64,000 nt of DNA, from NCBI GenBank assembly GCA_002633005.1, contig NMRA01000093.1, positions 886,505 to 950,504 on the forward strand. The letters run 5' to 3'. Source of the stretch: Phoronis australis. Lineage: Eukaryota > Animalia > Phoronida. Positions 1 to 12,221 of this stretch are shown here, in pieces. Position 1 is the stretch's first letter. Each line of letters begins with the position of its first letter. The position numbers and the translations under genes are program-made. The notes under the pieces were generated by a model. That model saw nothing but the letters and a program-made list of their open reading frames with translations, was not told the DNA's origin and ran no database searches.

Positions 1-507
1 CTCCCTTTGGATAGCTTTAGTATTTTACCACCAGGTGGGGCAGCCAACTAACCAACTATTTCTTGGAATAGTTTTACAATTTGACCACAAGGTGTCGACA
101 GAAGTAACGTGTACACCTAAGTAGTTAGGTGACATCCATTTAAGATTCTGACATGTATGAGGCCAATGCAATGAAGTTGAAAATGTATGTTCAAACCTGT
201 GGGAGAAATAATACCAAATAACCCTTGAACCATTTGACATTGCGAATCATAGAGAGAAGTGATTTACATGAAGGCTTCCCATAGAGCTCAGAATCACTGA
301 AGTCTAGCTGACAACACAGAAGAGTCGAAATTCCTACGAAAGCTGCACTTGATGACCCAATAAACACCGAATGACCCCACCATATGGAATTGCACATTGC
401 TTTATTGTGCTAACCGTTGACATCAAGCATAGAGCTCAAAATTTATGTTTGCACCGCGCAACCTTTGAACTATTCACGCTTATTAGGCGACTCTGCTGCT
501 TAAAAAG

Positions 508-846
508 CTATATGTAATAATGGAGTAGCTGGTCTAAAACTTGTTCACTGAAGTTGATAATGTATTTGTGCAAAACTGAAATAAAATGAATTTTAAAGAG
601 TAGATGACACTTGCACAAGTTAACACTTTCCGGCAACCGCATGTGCCATAGTAGTACAAAGATATGAATTACCTTGAAGATGTGGATATTCCTGAAAGTC
701 ACGAAGGTATAACTGTCGCCACACAGCAATGCGAGCTGGAGGAAAAAGTCGAAAGTTCCGAAGAATCTTCCTAATGACTCCTTGAATGCGCCATGTTAAG
801 TGCACAGAGACCAGTGGCCGATTGCATGAAACTGTTCCAACAGGAA
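508..846 (-). CDS. Possible last two exons (673-846 and 508-575) of an unidentified gene
   Basis: Acceptor atgtttcag at 847, donor GTAATT at 672, 97-nt intron, acceptor ttttatttcag at 576. Phases join in frame: ..PVGTVSCNRPLVSVHLTWRIQGVIRKILRNFRLFPPARIAVWRQLYLRDFQEYPHLQ-V-LHKYIINFSEQVLDQLLHYYI*. No family recognised. Confidence 0.3.
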
Positions 847-1163
847 CTGAAACATAATCCCTAAATTTCTGGTGCATTTGTTGATCCTGTTCACACACTG
901 ATGTTAATCTTCCCAGCACGTTCCTCTGTAGTGATTGTAATGTAAATAATCAGGGACTTTTTCATGCAACGCCATTAGTCTAATGAATTGGTTCCCATCC
1001 TATTAATTTTCAATAATATTAAGAGCATGTTCGCGAATGGACCAGGCAGAGGGTGATAAACGCTATGTCACAGATTCTCTTTATATTTTGTCTGNACTTT
1101 TTATGCCAAATAGTGGCTTGTTAATTTTGAAGAAAAATTACTTATTTCTAAGTTTCCCGCCAA

Positions 1164-1535
1164 ATGATGCAATGGGTGGAAGACGGTTGGCCGCTTGACA
1201 ATCATTTGCAATATCGGAACACTGCAGGTCAGAAGACAATTACAATATTAGGCGAGAATTGGCCAATTATTATGCAGACAGAGAGGAGAGTGGATATGGG
1301 CACTTATACTCAAGTACTTGAAGAATCAGACAATGAATTCGATTTCCCATTTAGCGAACTTTCGTCGGGTTTCAGGCCGTATGAACTCGACCCACTTGCA
1401 CGAGAAATGACATATGTGAGCCACAACCAACTCTACCAAGTGGTGCACTACTCACAAAATAGACACTTAATAATTACTGACAAAGGCCACAGGCAACCTG
1501 GGTTACTCGTATTCACTATTGCCGTGATGGAATGA
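1164..1535 (+). mobile_element. Fragment of a Kolobok-like second ORF (acidic N-terminus plus PYELDP motif)
   Basis: EESDNEFDFPFSELSSGFRPYELDPLARE matches FEPYELDPPARE at 10578-10850 and LRPYKIDPPASE at ~46210. It lies between N gaps next to transposon ends. Confidence 0.4.
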
Positions 1536-1666
1536 GCACCATCTAAACACAATATGCATAAGCCTACTTGTAGTAGCACTCGATCTCGGCCGGGGTCCGG
1601 GGCCTGGCATCACTCGCCCTAGAATGGAAGCAGTTTGTTTGTTATTTACAAAATTTGCAAATGCAN

Positions 1667-1942
1667 ACAGTGTGGCATGTTGACTGACTAATAAATGAAA
1701 GCAAACGACGACGGAACTTAACACAACCGAGGTAGAACAATGACTGACTCGGCAGCTCTCACAGCCATACTATATGAAAAGAAATTGGCGCAAAATGCTT
1801 GCCTCCTAAAACGTCACTTCCGCAGTAGCGGACGAGTAATTAATAAATTACGAAAAGCTGTAATTAAGTGGAAAATATGTCTAGGATAACCAATCAACCT
1901 TATTTTAGCTCAAAATGACATGGAAAAAGGTTGCCTTCGCCT
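1667..1942 (-). mobile_element. Left end of the Kolobok-like THAP transposon (same family as 42415-43490), reverse orientation
   Basis: Near-identical reverse complement of 42415-42690, including the start of the THAP ORF (MPHC). Ends GGTTGCCTTCGCCT followed by TTAA (1943-1946) and is cut by the N at 1666. Confidence 0.85.
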
Positions 1943-1946
1943 TTAA

Positions 1947-4900
1947 GAGCATGTTCGCGAATGGACCAGGCAGAGGGTGATAAACGCTATGTAACATATT
2001 CTCTTTATATTTTGTCTGTGAGATGACACTGGCCCCACTGACTCCAGACCACCTTTATTTTTTTTCAAAACGCCCCCTTTTGGTTTCCATGGATACTATT
2101 TGTTTCCGACAAGTTTTCAGCCTGGCGGCAGTTCAGTTTTATTAAAATTCCGACAGTTACGTTACGCAGTGGAAGTAACGTTGAAATATTGAACCTGTGT
2201 TATTGATCAGGTGTGACCTTCGACTACTTTTTTCATGAAAATTTAAAATATTTCGACAATTTTTTGGCTGTTTTTAGAGCCGCATAAGATGAGTACTTTT
2301 AGTGATTTTTGAAACTGTCAAAATTGGCTAAATTCGTATCCCGATATCTCAGCTGGCACAGGTTTCAGAACATTTTAGTGCCAACCAGTGTGTTAAGCTA
2401 TTTTAGGTCTACAAAATAAGACAAAAAAATTTCCTGGCGCGAACGGATTTCATGTCATTTGAAGTCAAAAATGACTAGTGGTTACGCCATTTCACCACAA
2501 TGAGTAATGCCGACAAACGTCAACGAAAAGTGAACATTTGTTAATAGTTGCCAAGCAAACGGCGAATCAATTTATCATTCATCAAATTTCGTATTTTCTA
2601 GGCACCGAGGGTACACTACTTTATTTCTAAAAAGTGCTCGTAGTCATGGAAAAAGGATACTTACTACGCAAATAGCAGTAGTTTTGGCAGGATACCTTTT
2701 GCGAGAGTCGAAATTCAAATCTCACTGGTTTCACAAAGCTCAGTAATCTTATTTGCACGGCTAAAAACAAAAAAAAAACGCCGACAAATCATTTTCATAA
2801 CATTTTCCTTCAAAAATCGTGTTGCCCTCTCCCCACTTGCGACGTTCCAAATCTTACAGTGTTGTATGAACAAGATCATTTATTTATGGTTTTATCTGTG
2901 ATTGTCCTGTTTACAAAGATGCTTACTGTGGGTTAGCTGTGGTGTGTGTCTGAACAAACATTTCTTTAAGAATATTCAAGTGGTTTTGACGCAGGGCGTT
3001 GAAAGCGGAGGACAGTGTCAAGGTGAAAGATTCATTGGCAATTACAGGCAAGGCAAATGCAAAACCATTGGTCAGAGTCATTCCGTGGACGTTGTACAGT
3101 GTATAGCAGCCAATGTCACAATAACTTCACTTTTGAAGTGGAATGGCTGGCTAATGTTATCATTTTGTTATCTGCGCGCATTTTGCTGTGATTGACACAA
3201 GTGAAAAATGGGAGACTTTCAAGTAGCAATGGGGGCTGCCTACATGTAACCAACTACCAGTGAGAAGATACTTCACATGCGCAGTGGGAGGCACAGAGGA
3301 ACGTACTTGAATAAGTGTGTGTAACTAGTTGTGAGAAGTCTAAAGAGTGAATTCATATTACTTCCCAGTCCTCCAGAGGGCAAAGGTACATGTATCCTGT
3401 TCCAGGTGATCAGCTGTTACTTGACTTTATAAATGCTTCATGTTGATCCACTGCAGAGGTCATGTGAATGAAGTGTGGATGATAAAGGCTGCTTTCAGTC
3501 CATAAGTACACAACAAGTATTGTATTGTAGCTCATGTTTTCCATGACTTCTCAGCAGACAAACAATATACAGCATATAAACTTCGAAACTCAGTTCAAAA
3601 TATAACTTCATGCACATTGGGTTGTAAGTGCTAATTAGTCTTCGAGGTGCTTTAATAGCAAGACTACCAACTTTCTAAGGTAAAATCACATCAGAGATAT
3701 CTAAATGTGGCATTTGATCTAAGTGCTAATGGACTGGCTCAAATAGGAGACTCCTATGTTAGTTGTTCAAAATACAGGTGATCTCGCTTACATGTACCTC
3801 CTCATCCCATACGGAACTCCCCAGTCTGTATATACAATGTTGGACCACTTTAAAGTAAAAAGTGATATTTAATGCGATCAGAATTTGGTTTAACACTCAT
3901 TGCCTGGTTAATTTATACAAACTACCATGGAAAACACGACATGTCTAAATGTGTTAAAAGATCTAAATACCAGTGAATTGGCTCAAATATGACACTCCTG
4001 ATGTTAACAATTCATAATACAGGTGACCTCGGCACCTCCCTTTACTCATCATCACATACCGTACAAATAACTCTCATTCTGCAAAAACAATGTTGGAACA
4101 GATTAAAGTGAAAATGATATTTAATGTGACTGTAATCTAGTTTAATTAACACTGGTCATCCAGTTGAGTGGTACAAAGTAGCATGGAAAAACGAGATATG
4201 CAAATGTGTTCCTTGATCTAAATGCCAGTGAATTGGTTCAAGTATGCCTAAGTCACTACCTTTCCTTCAGCTTGTACATAAGTTAACACTCAGATAAGGC
4301 TTCGCTTTTTAGTTAAGAGAGACTGAGTGTAATATGAATTTGAAAGATGAAAACTGAAATACCAGCATCTTTAAATAAATTGGACAGCAAAGTTTCAACC
4401 AGAACACTGACTAAACATCCTAAATTTTACTGACAAAATCACAGCAAGTGTTGCTATATTGCATTTTACATTTATCTCAGTTTCCACAATATCACATCAA
4501 TAACAACTGGTTAAATCACTCAGACAACCCAACAGATTGTATAATGTTCGAACAAAGATGAAATCCGGAGTATTACTGGACATCACTGACTGTCAAGTTC
4601 ATTATCTCCCTCATTTGACCATTTTCCAGCGCAGTTCAAGGCAGCCAAGCGTGAAAAGAAACCTTTATCCTGTTGTAGTGTCAGCCAGCCTTCCTCCCAA
4701 AACTGCTCATCCGTCTTCATCGCCTGTGCAGTTTTTGCGGGGTCTGCTTTGTTGCTCTACTTTCTGAAAAATGACAGGCAGGTTGTAACACTCTTGAATT
4801 ATACACTTTTTGCAGAACTTTGCCGAGCCCAGCCACTACACAGGTGTGACTGCCGCTGAGTGGCATGATCCAATGATTTTAGTTGAGATAATTCATTTGA

Positions 4901-6957
4901 CCCATGGAGTGTTATATGTAAAACGACCACAAATACAACAAGAAAAAAACACTGTGGGTACTTGATTTATTTTTGCCAGTTTGATTGGATTCCTTTGGAC
5001 ATCAAATGAATATCATATCCAGACAACAAATGTCAACATAGTGGTACTCATAAAACATAACGACACGCTATGATTTCCAGAATTACATAATTCACTGACA
5101 GCTGAAGTGAAAAGAAATTCCAGCGTGCAGGTTGTCAGTTAAAATTGGAATTTGTAATGCTATAACTACAGCATTCATCAATATATCTATAGAAAAATAC
5201 TTCCTGTAATGAACTAAAAAGAAGACGCATAACAATATCAGTTGTTGAAAAGTGAAAGTCAATGAGATATTGCATTTTCCGCTTGCAACAAGTACAGGTC
5301 ACTAGGTGCACATAATCTCAGACTAAACTTACAACTAACACAAGAGGCTACTAGTAAGTGGACTGAATAGCTCTAGGCTTGCCTAGACTCCAACAACGGC
5401 GACAGGGCAGGTATATCACTGATTTGCCCTTAGGAACACAAGACTGTTAATCAGTTGTTTACAGTGATGCAGGCATAGGACTACTAAATTTCACCAGTGT
5501 GTACAATAAAAAGCTCTGTCTATACTACATGTTCAAAAACAAGTACTGTTGTTACATTTTTGTGGTACATGCATGGTCCCACAGTTTGTGATCTTCCTGA
5601 AAGGAGGGATCAGTAACTTGCCTTGCAGGGTACTGTATTAGAATAACATCTGTTGTTTCTAGCGGTGCTAACTGGTTCTTGAATCATGTATCCACAAAAC
5701 TGACTATTACCGCCACAATGCTATCGTGATAACCTCAAATTCAAACAAAGCAGTAGTAGTACTCACCAGATCCAACAGGAAAGAACACAAATGCATTGAC
5801 ATTGTTGAGTTCCTGTGAAAGTAAGTTGACTTTAGACATTTCAACCAGCATCCACACTTCAGGCTTGGCACGCGAGCTACCAATAATGAAATGGGTGTTT
5901 GCAGAGTCTACATGGTTTCCACAGAATTCCAAGATGAGCCCGGTGTCTTGCCCTTGCCTTGGACGCAGTCACACAGGCGTGACACGGGTCCGGTGAACAC
6001 GCATATGTAAATTGTCCGACTCTCGCCAAAATCAGTTGCCGCACAGTTTGTAGGTGCGGTGATTTGCTACACACTTTATGCTGCATCAAGATTTCACACA
6101 TGTGCAGAGGACATTCTTTTGAGGTTCTATACACTTCATCACACTCCATCATACTAGCAGATAACACAGCAAGTCAGGATTCGCCAACCGGAACCATTTT
6201 GCCACCACTAAAGTGACACCTGTTGTTGGACACTGGGTTCACGAAAAACGCGGAATTTTTATTAAAAAGGAAAAATACCTTAAAAAATTGCGCCTGACTT
6301 AATGACACATAACTAAATATTAATAAATCAACTTTTGAATCAAAACTATGCACTTTACTGGTGTTTTAATGTTCCAAACAGGTATCGGTATTGAAGGTAA
6401 TTTCTACTCAGGTGGTTGTCGCAATCTTGCAATTTGTATAGAAAAATGTTCAGCGACAGAAAATTTTATTGTACTAATCAACAGCAATAAGATAGAAACG
6501 TCTTGTGTAAAAGTCTGGTGTTGGTCAGTGTTGTGCCAGCTGAGATATACGGGCTCAAAGTGTGGCGAAATTGCAATGCCTTGTTAACCTCTGACCCCTC
6601 TATACTTTATGCATAGAATTTTTAACTTAGCGGCAGAGTTAATGAGTATTGCTTAACATCTTTGCAAAGCCGAAGACTTGCTTTATTTAAAAATTACAAA
6701 CAGATAATGATCTCGTGCGCCGATATTTTTTATTGTGCAGTGCAAATAAGGCATTTTCGACGAGTTCATTGCATGGCATACCCCCAAAATAGAGGCTCCC
6801 TGATTTCTCCCACTTAAACAAGGTAAAATGAGATTGGACTTTACTGTTTTGTTTATCATCCCAAAGGTAACTAAAATGCATAGTATGGTTCAAATCGGTG
6901 ACATTGGGTTTATCACCCCTCTGGGCTTTTTTGCCTGTTGTGAGCCGTACTTCACTC
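1947..6957. mobile_element. Putative ~5 kb TTAA-flanked DNA transposon with imperfect TIRs
   Basis: Left TTAA|GAG...CAGAGGGTGATAAACGCTATGT; the right end reverse-complemented reads TTAA|GAG...CAGAGGGGTGATAAACCCAATGTCAC (TTAA at 6958-6961). No transposase seen inside. Confidence 0.45.
3690..4250. repeat. Degenerate ~245-255 bp tandem repeat, about 2.3 copies
   Basis: Motif aaatgtg...gatctaa.t.c.a.tg.a.tgg.tcaa recurs at ~3700, ~3945 and ~4200; aatacaggtga.ctcg recurs at ~3771 and ~4016. Confidence 0.7.
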
Positions 6958-9900
6958 TTAAAACTTCACAGATAAGATTCTCAAGCTGTTAAATGTTGGA
7001 CAATTTATCATCCACACAGCTGGCTCTAACACGTAACCTCTGGCGGCGTTTAACATGTTACGTGGGCCTTCATTCACGAGGCGAATTGTTCCTCTCACTA
7101 GATATTCTGTCAGGGATTCCTACCTGCAAAGTCAATGACCTACTATAGAAAAGCATTAAAAGTGACCCAAGGTGCACATTTAAATAATTCAATCAACGGG
7201 ATCCACAAATGAAGTTTGCATAGCTAACACCAGTTTTTAAGATAAACACAACAACATTTCACACAATACCGCACTGAATACCCAAGAACTTATGATAATT
7301 ATGGCCAAATATGATCTAAATTGTGACTGCTGCTTCTTCGTGCTATCAGTCTAAATCATGACAACATATTAACAAAGCAACAAGTAGGTAATTAACGCTA
7401 CAACAAATAACGCTACATTGAATACTGACAAAAATGTTATTTCAAAGTGCCAAAAGCTCGAGTTTATAGTTTTGTAGTCTGTACAGTTTAAGAACTAAAC
7501 AAACAATAAAAAATCACTAGTTACTCTCCTGTATCATCACGGGCCTCATTAGCTCCATTGAATTCAACATTCAAGTTATCATTCCCCCGAGTTGACTCAT
7601 CCTGCGATAAAAGAACAAACGTTGGTGACGTTATATGTAGGACAGTCGTGACAGGTAGGTATAAAAGTGTATCAACTTCAAAATCATGCATTGACCTACG
7701 GCTACATTTGTATGACCAGACCTTGATACTCAAATACAGAAAACTGATTAATCAAAAACATGAAAATAAAAGACAAATGAGTTCAGTTTTAAAACGGGAC
7801 ATACGACAAACATAAAATATGCAAAAGGTAAATGCACTGTCGACGTTTCCGGTGGAATTGGTGAGAGTTTTTTGCACTATCCGAAACGACTTCAACAAAG
7901 ACAACAGGCGATGATTTTAAGCAGAGAGAGAATTATCCGGTGATGATGTGAGAATTTGTAAATGAGGCGATGAAAAAATAAGTGGTCAAGGAAAATATTT
8001 CGGAGCTACCGAAAATCCGAAGAACAGCATATTGGTTTCAGCTTCACCTGACATATGACATATATTTAATCATCTGTACGATTTCAGGGTCTTTCGAATA
8101 AAATCAGTGAAGAATGACTGCCATTTTAAATCTGCCGTCCGCTAAATTCCTCCAAATGAAAAGTAGGTCACATCTGGTGGGAGTTCCTGAGATATGTAGG
8201 TTTTTATGATCTTCTAATGAAATATTTTGTTTAATAAACTCAGGTTCATACATATAGCTCGAGTACACATGCTTCTTGTATGTCCTAGACAAGAAGTTAG
8301 ATTCAGTATGTTTAGGGTTTTGCCTACCTTCTGAGGAACTTCGCATTTTTGTTGTTTCATTGCATAAATGTGGCAATATGTCAATTAGCAGATGGAAAGA
8401 TAACTCGATTTCATATTCTGGGAACCACCTTAGCAGACGTTCTAACCAACACCTTACGAATGAAATGTTTGTACAAACATGACAATTGCATTTCACTGAA
8501 ATGATTTTCCAAAGGAGTACTTACCCTGGTTTCAGTCCTAAATGAAATATCGACGTCACCCTCCACAGCATTGTATATTCCAGGAGGTGCGAATTATGCT
8601 TGTGGAGTTTGCTTGAATTTAAAAGAGATCGCTAAACACGAGAAAGTATAACTTTACAACCAATCATTTTTATGTACAAGTATGGTTTTACAGCTACACA
8701 ATACGGTAGTGGTTAAGAGATGAATTGTCTCACCACTCGATCTCGTTTTACCCATTACATTTAGTAAATCCAAATGACAACCTTCAAATTATCTCATCAT
8801 TTTCAAGAAGTCACAAAACCACCCAACGAGTCCTCAAAGAGAAAAGAATCACCTGTCAGTTGATTACACATTTACCTTGATCAACTGTCAACGTTCCACA
8901 GCGACACCTCTGAAACCAATCTGTTATCAATGTGCTTCCAAGGCATTCATTGAGAATTATTTTGGTATAATATAAATTTTATCTAATTGTAAGCAATTAA
9001 CAAAGAACGACAAAGCAGAAAAATGACTTGCCAAGCAAGCGAATCCCAAAAGCGAGAAACAGCCGATTAAAATTATTTTTAAAAACATATAAACAAAGCT
9101 AGAAGCGAGCAAAAAATCCTTCAAATACAACAGTGTTTGAAGAATCCAAGGTATAACACAGATGTGTAGAAATGTGTTCTCAAGTCAAGCTTTACACAAA
9201 TATGTAGTATTTTAGACTTCCTCAAAATTTGCCTGAAACATATTGCAGTGAAAAACATGATATCCAGGAAAAATATCTGGATGGCGTGCACCCATAAGTG
9301 TGAATCTTAGAAGTGTTTAACAACAGGTACTACAATTACAGGCAACAGGAAACAGGTCCACAGCAAAAAACTCTACCTACTCTAGTGCATTGCTGCTCCA
9401 CTAAAACATTAACACGTGTATTAGGTTTGTACACTCATTCAAATACAAAAGTCGTCACACAGGATCGATGCACATGACTGGTAATCAGAGAATAAATTAT
9501 GTTAAACTTTTAAACAAATACATGCTTACAATCTACACATACTCATGCACTCAACGACACGGGTCACAGAATAATGAACTTGGAATCTTTTCTAGACTTG
9601 AGAAAATCAAAACAAAGTCATTAACAATTTAATACATCGTGGGTCAAAAATGAAATCTGTTTGCCTAATGTCATTCAGTTTGTTGCAAAACTACACATTC
9701 GTGTGCTTAAACTCGTGAATACAAAGATCCAAATTGTCATCAATCTAGTAACTTGCTCCTCAAAAATTATAAACTGAATTGTAGTCTTAGTAACTAACAG
9801 AGCACGTAACTGTACGTCGCAAACAATGGTTCAAATGTTTGCTCTGAGCACTGAATGGACCCTTGCCATCCTGTTAAGTTGATGCAATCAAAAGATAAGC

Positions 9901-10373
9901 TGGAATGGCATATTTTTCTGGCCTTGCTATTGGATGGGGCGGTAATGCCCAAGATTTTCAGAGTTGCAACCTGATTAAACGTAAGTGATAGGCAATACTT
10001 TTGGTACATGTACCACTTGACATCTGTCTACGAATACCAGTTCATCACCCACTTCTTCAATATCTGGCATCCCGTTTTCTGAATGTGCTAGCTCTGTATC
10101 TCCTACTTCAGAATGTTCAACGTCTTGGTTATTGGAAGGACGCACAGGCTACGAAGCAATGCAAAGAAATAATACAAAACATTCATACAAAACACCCCGA
10201 TTACACTTGAGCTGTGAACGGAGATACAGAAAAGATTACAACAAGTGGTCAAAATGAACATCAATACACATTTCACGATAGAATTTTAGGGAATTGAAAA
10301 TTTAAGAACGCCTGCTTCCTATACGGATGCTATATTAATGTAGGTATGACCGAGGTTAATTCTTAAGGCTTAA

Positions 10374-12221
10374 ACAGTACACACCATGGATGTTTGTACA
10401 TTTTGAATTACCGGTGGCCACAGACTAAATGTATGACGTAAAATTTAGCTAAACCCATGTTTATTTTGTGTAATTAGCTCGAAATTTTGATTTTTCTTTC
10501 AATCTTGCCAATTTTCACATTTCCCGCCATGTGACGTCATTGGTTGAACACAAGAGATCAGTGACTAGCATTGAACAATGACGGAGAGCAGGGAATTTGA
10601 AAGCGACGACGATTATGAGCAAGAACTGAACGACTACTATGAAAAAACGTACGGGAATGGTGGCCAGGATGAGGAAATGGGGTTGCATGAAAGCGAGAAC
10701 AAGTTTAATGTGCTTCCGGCTGCGTACTTTAATTTCTACTTTGAGCCTTACGAACTGGATCCTCCCGCGAGAGAAGCGGCCTCAGGCTCGGCGAGTCAAC
10801 CCAGTCATCCAACAGACGATCCTGAATTAAGAGCTGATGTTTCTGAATGATAAATATTGTCCTTTATTGAACCAGGCCTTCATCGTAACGTCTCCGGTGA
10901 CTGGAGTCGAAACACGAGTCCTCAAAGTTGGCGGAACATAGAGCGGCTCCGGACCGAATCGCTTGGTCCACAATGACGTCCCACACTCTCGTTTGGCGCA
11001 CGAAGCGATGCCACTTCTGCGCAACTTTGGTGTCCTTCGGAACACCGAGACGCCTAGCTCCGGAAACACATCTCTTGGTGCCTCTACGAACCTTCTCGAC
11101 GCTAAATGTACTTTGCTTTCTCTTCACTCTATACACTTTGTCTTTGATCCGAACAGTATGGCGAACCCATGACGTTGTACATAATTATTATTTTTTCAAT
11201 TTTTGCGTGTTTCTTTATGAGCTGTGCACTAACGGCACTGAAATCAAGTATGATATAATAAAATTTATTTTGAGGTGTTGGTGACATTTTTTGATGCTGT
11301 AGTTAGTGACTGTATAATTAATTAAACATATTGGTTGTTTACCAAAATTTGTAACCTCCTAGGAGTTCATGGGAAGTGATTCACCACATGTCTGTTACCA
11401 GTTGTGGGATGTTTATAATAACAATTGTACTCAACTCTTGTTTGTCCTGTGCCATAATTGGTAATGACTTGGGTTCATTGCTGGAGTTCAGCAGATTGAT
11501 TCACAGAATTGGTTTGGAACCAGCGACCTTGTTCAGAGAATTGTTTTGGAACTAGATGTAGCATTTTAGAGGAAGTTTGTGGGTTTTCATGTTTTGAATT
11601 ATCTCGCCCACCTTTCTTGTGTTCAGTATAAATATTCTGTTAGCTACTCTAGAATTCATATTGCTTGGAGAGAGGCTGCTGCTTGCTTCAAAAATATCAC
11701 AGATACCCAGCGTTGGTAAGAGACAACTTTGTTTCTTGATGTTTTACTATAAACTTTGACTTTAGAAACAACTATTCTCAGTTCTTTGATTATTTGATTA
11801 ACTCATAGAAAGTGTTGTAATAGAAATTGTTGTAACTACAAGTTTCTGCTAACTATTGTTTGTCAAATTGTGAGTTGATATAATATTATTAGATATGCAA
11901 TTTTCTGTATTTTAGTATGATGTATTTGGTACTTCAATTTGTATTAGATATTGCATTATCTTTATTAATTGTTTCAGGTTTAACCGTATCGTGAATCGTA
12001 AATCGTTCACCGTATTGAAAATCGTATCTTACCGTATCGTAAAATAGGAAATCGTATCGTATCGTATCATATCATAAATAAAGTTTTATGAGCCAATGTT
12101 ACGGTATTATTATTATACGTGTGTAAACCGCTGGGTCAACAACAACAACAAGAGAGACATCTAATGTGCGTGCGACTGTACGCTACATGAGGTACTGTAC
12201 TAGAGTCATGTTGTGTACACT
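10374..12221. mobile_element. Internally deleted Kolobok-like element with convergent second-ORF and THAP fragments
   Basis: Plus ORF 10578-10850 (acidic, EPYELDPPARE) converges on minus ORF 10864-11136 with a THAP-like motif (PKDTKVAQKWHRFVRQTRVW...LCSANFEDSCF). Weak TIRs ACAGTACACACCATG / AGTGTACACAACATG, each next to TTAA. Boundaries are tentative. Confidence 0.55.
11276..12150 (+). mobile_element. Possible solo LTR nested in the above element
   Basis: TGTTG...CAACA termini, internal GTATAAATA and AATAAA, ATCGT-rich tract at ~11985-12070. No matching TSD found. Confidence 0.25.

Noticed and set aside
4537-6167. Short ORFs and a possible 46-nt minus-strand exon near 5768-5811 inside the 5-kb element
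   Set aside because: I could not assemble a coherent reading frame or recognise a family.
8104-8496. 130-aa minus-strand ORF
   Set aside because: No recognisable domain and no consistent splice partners.
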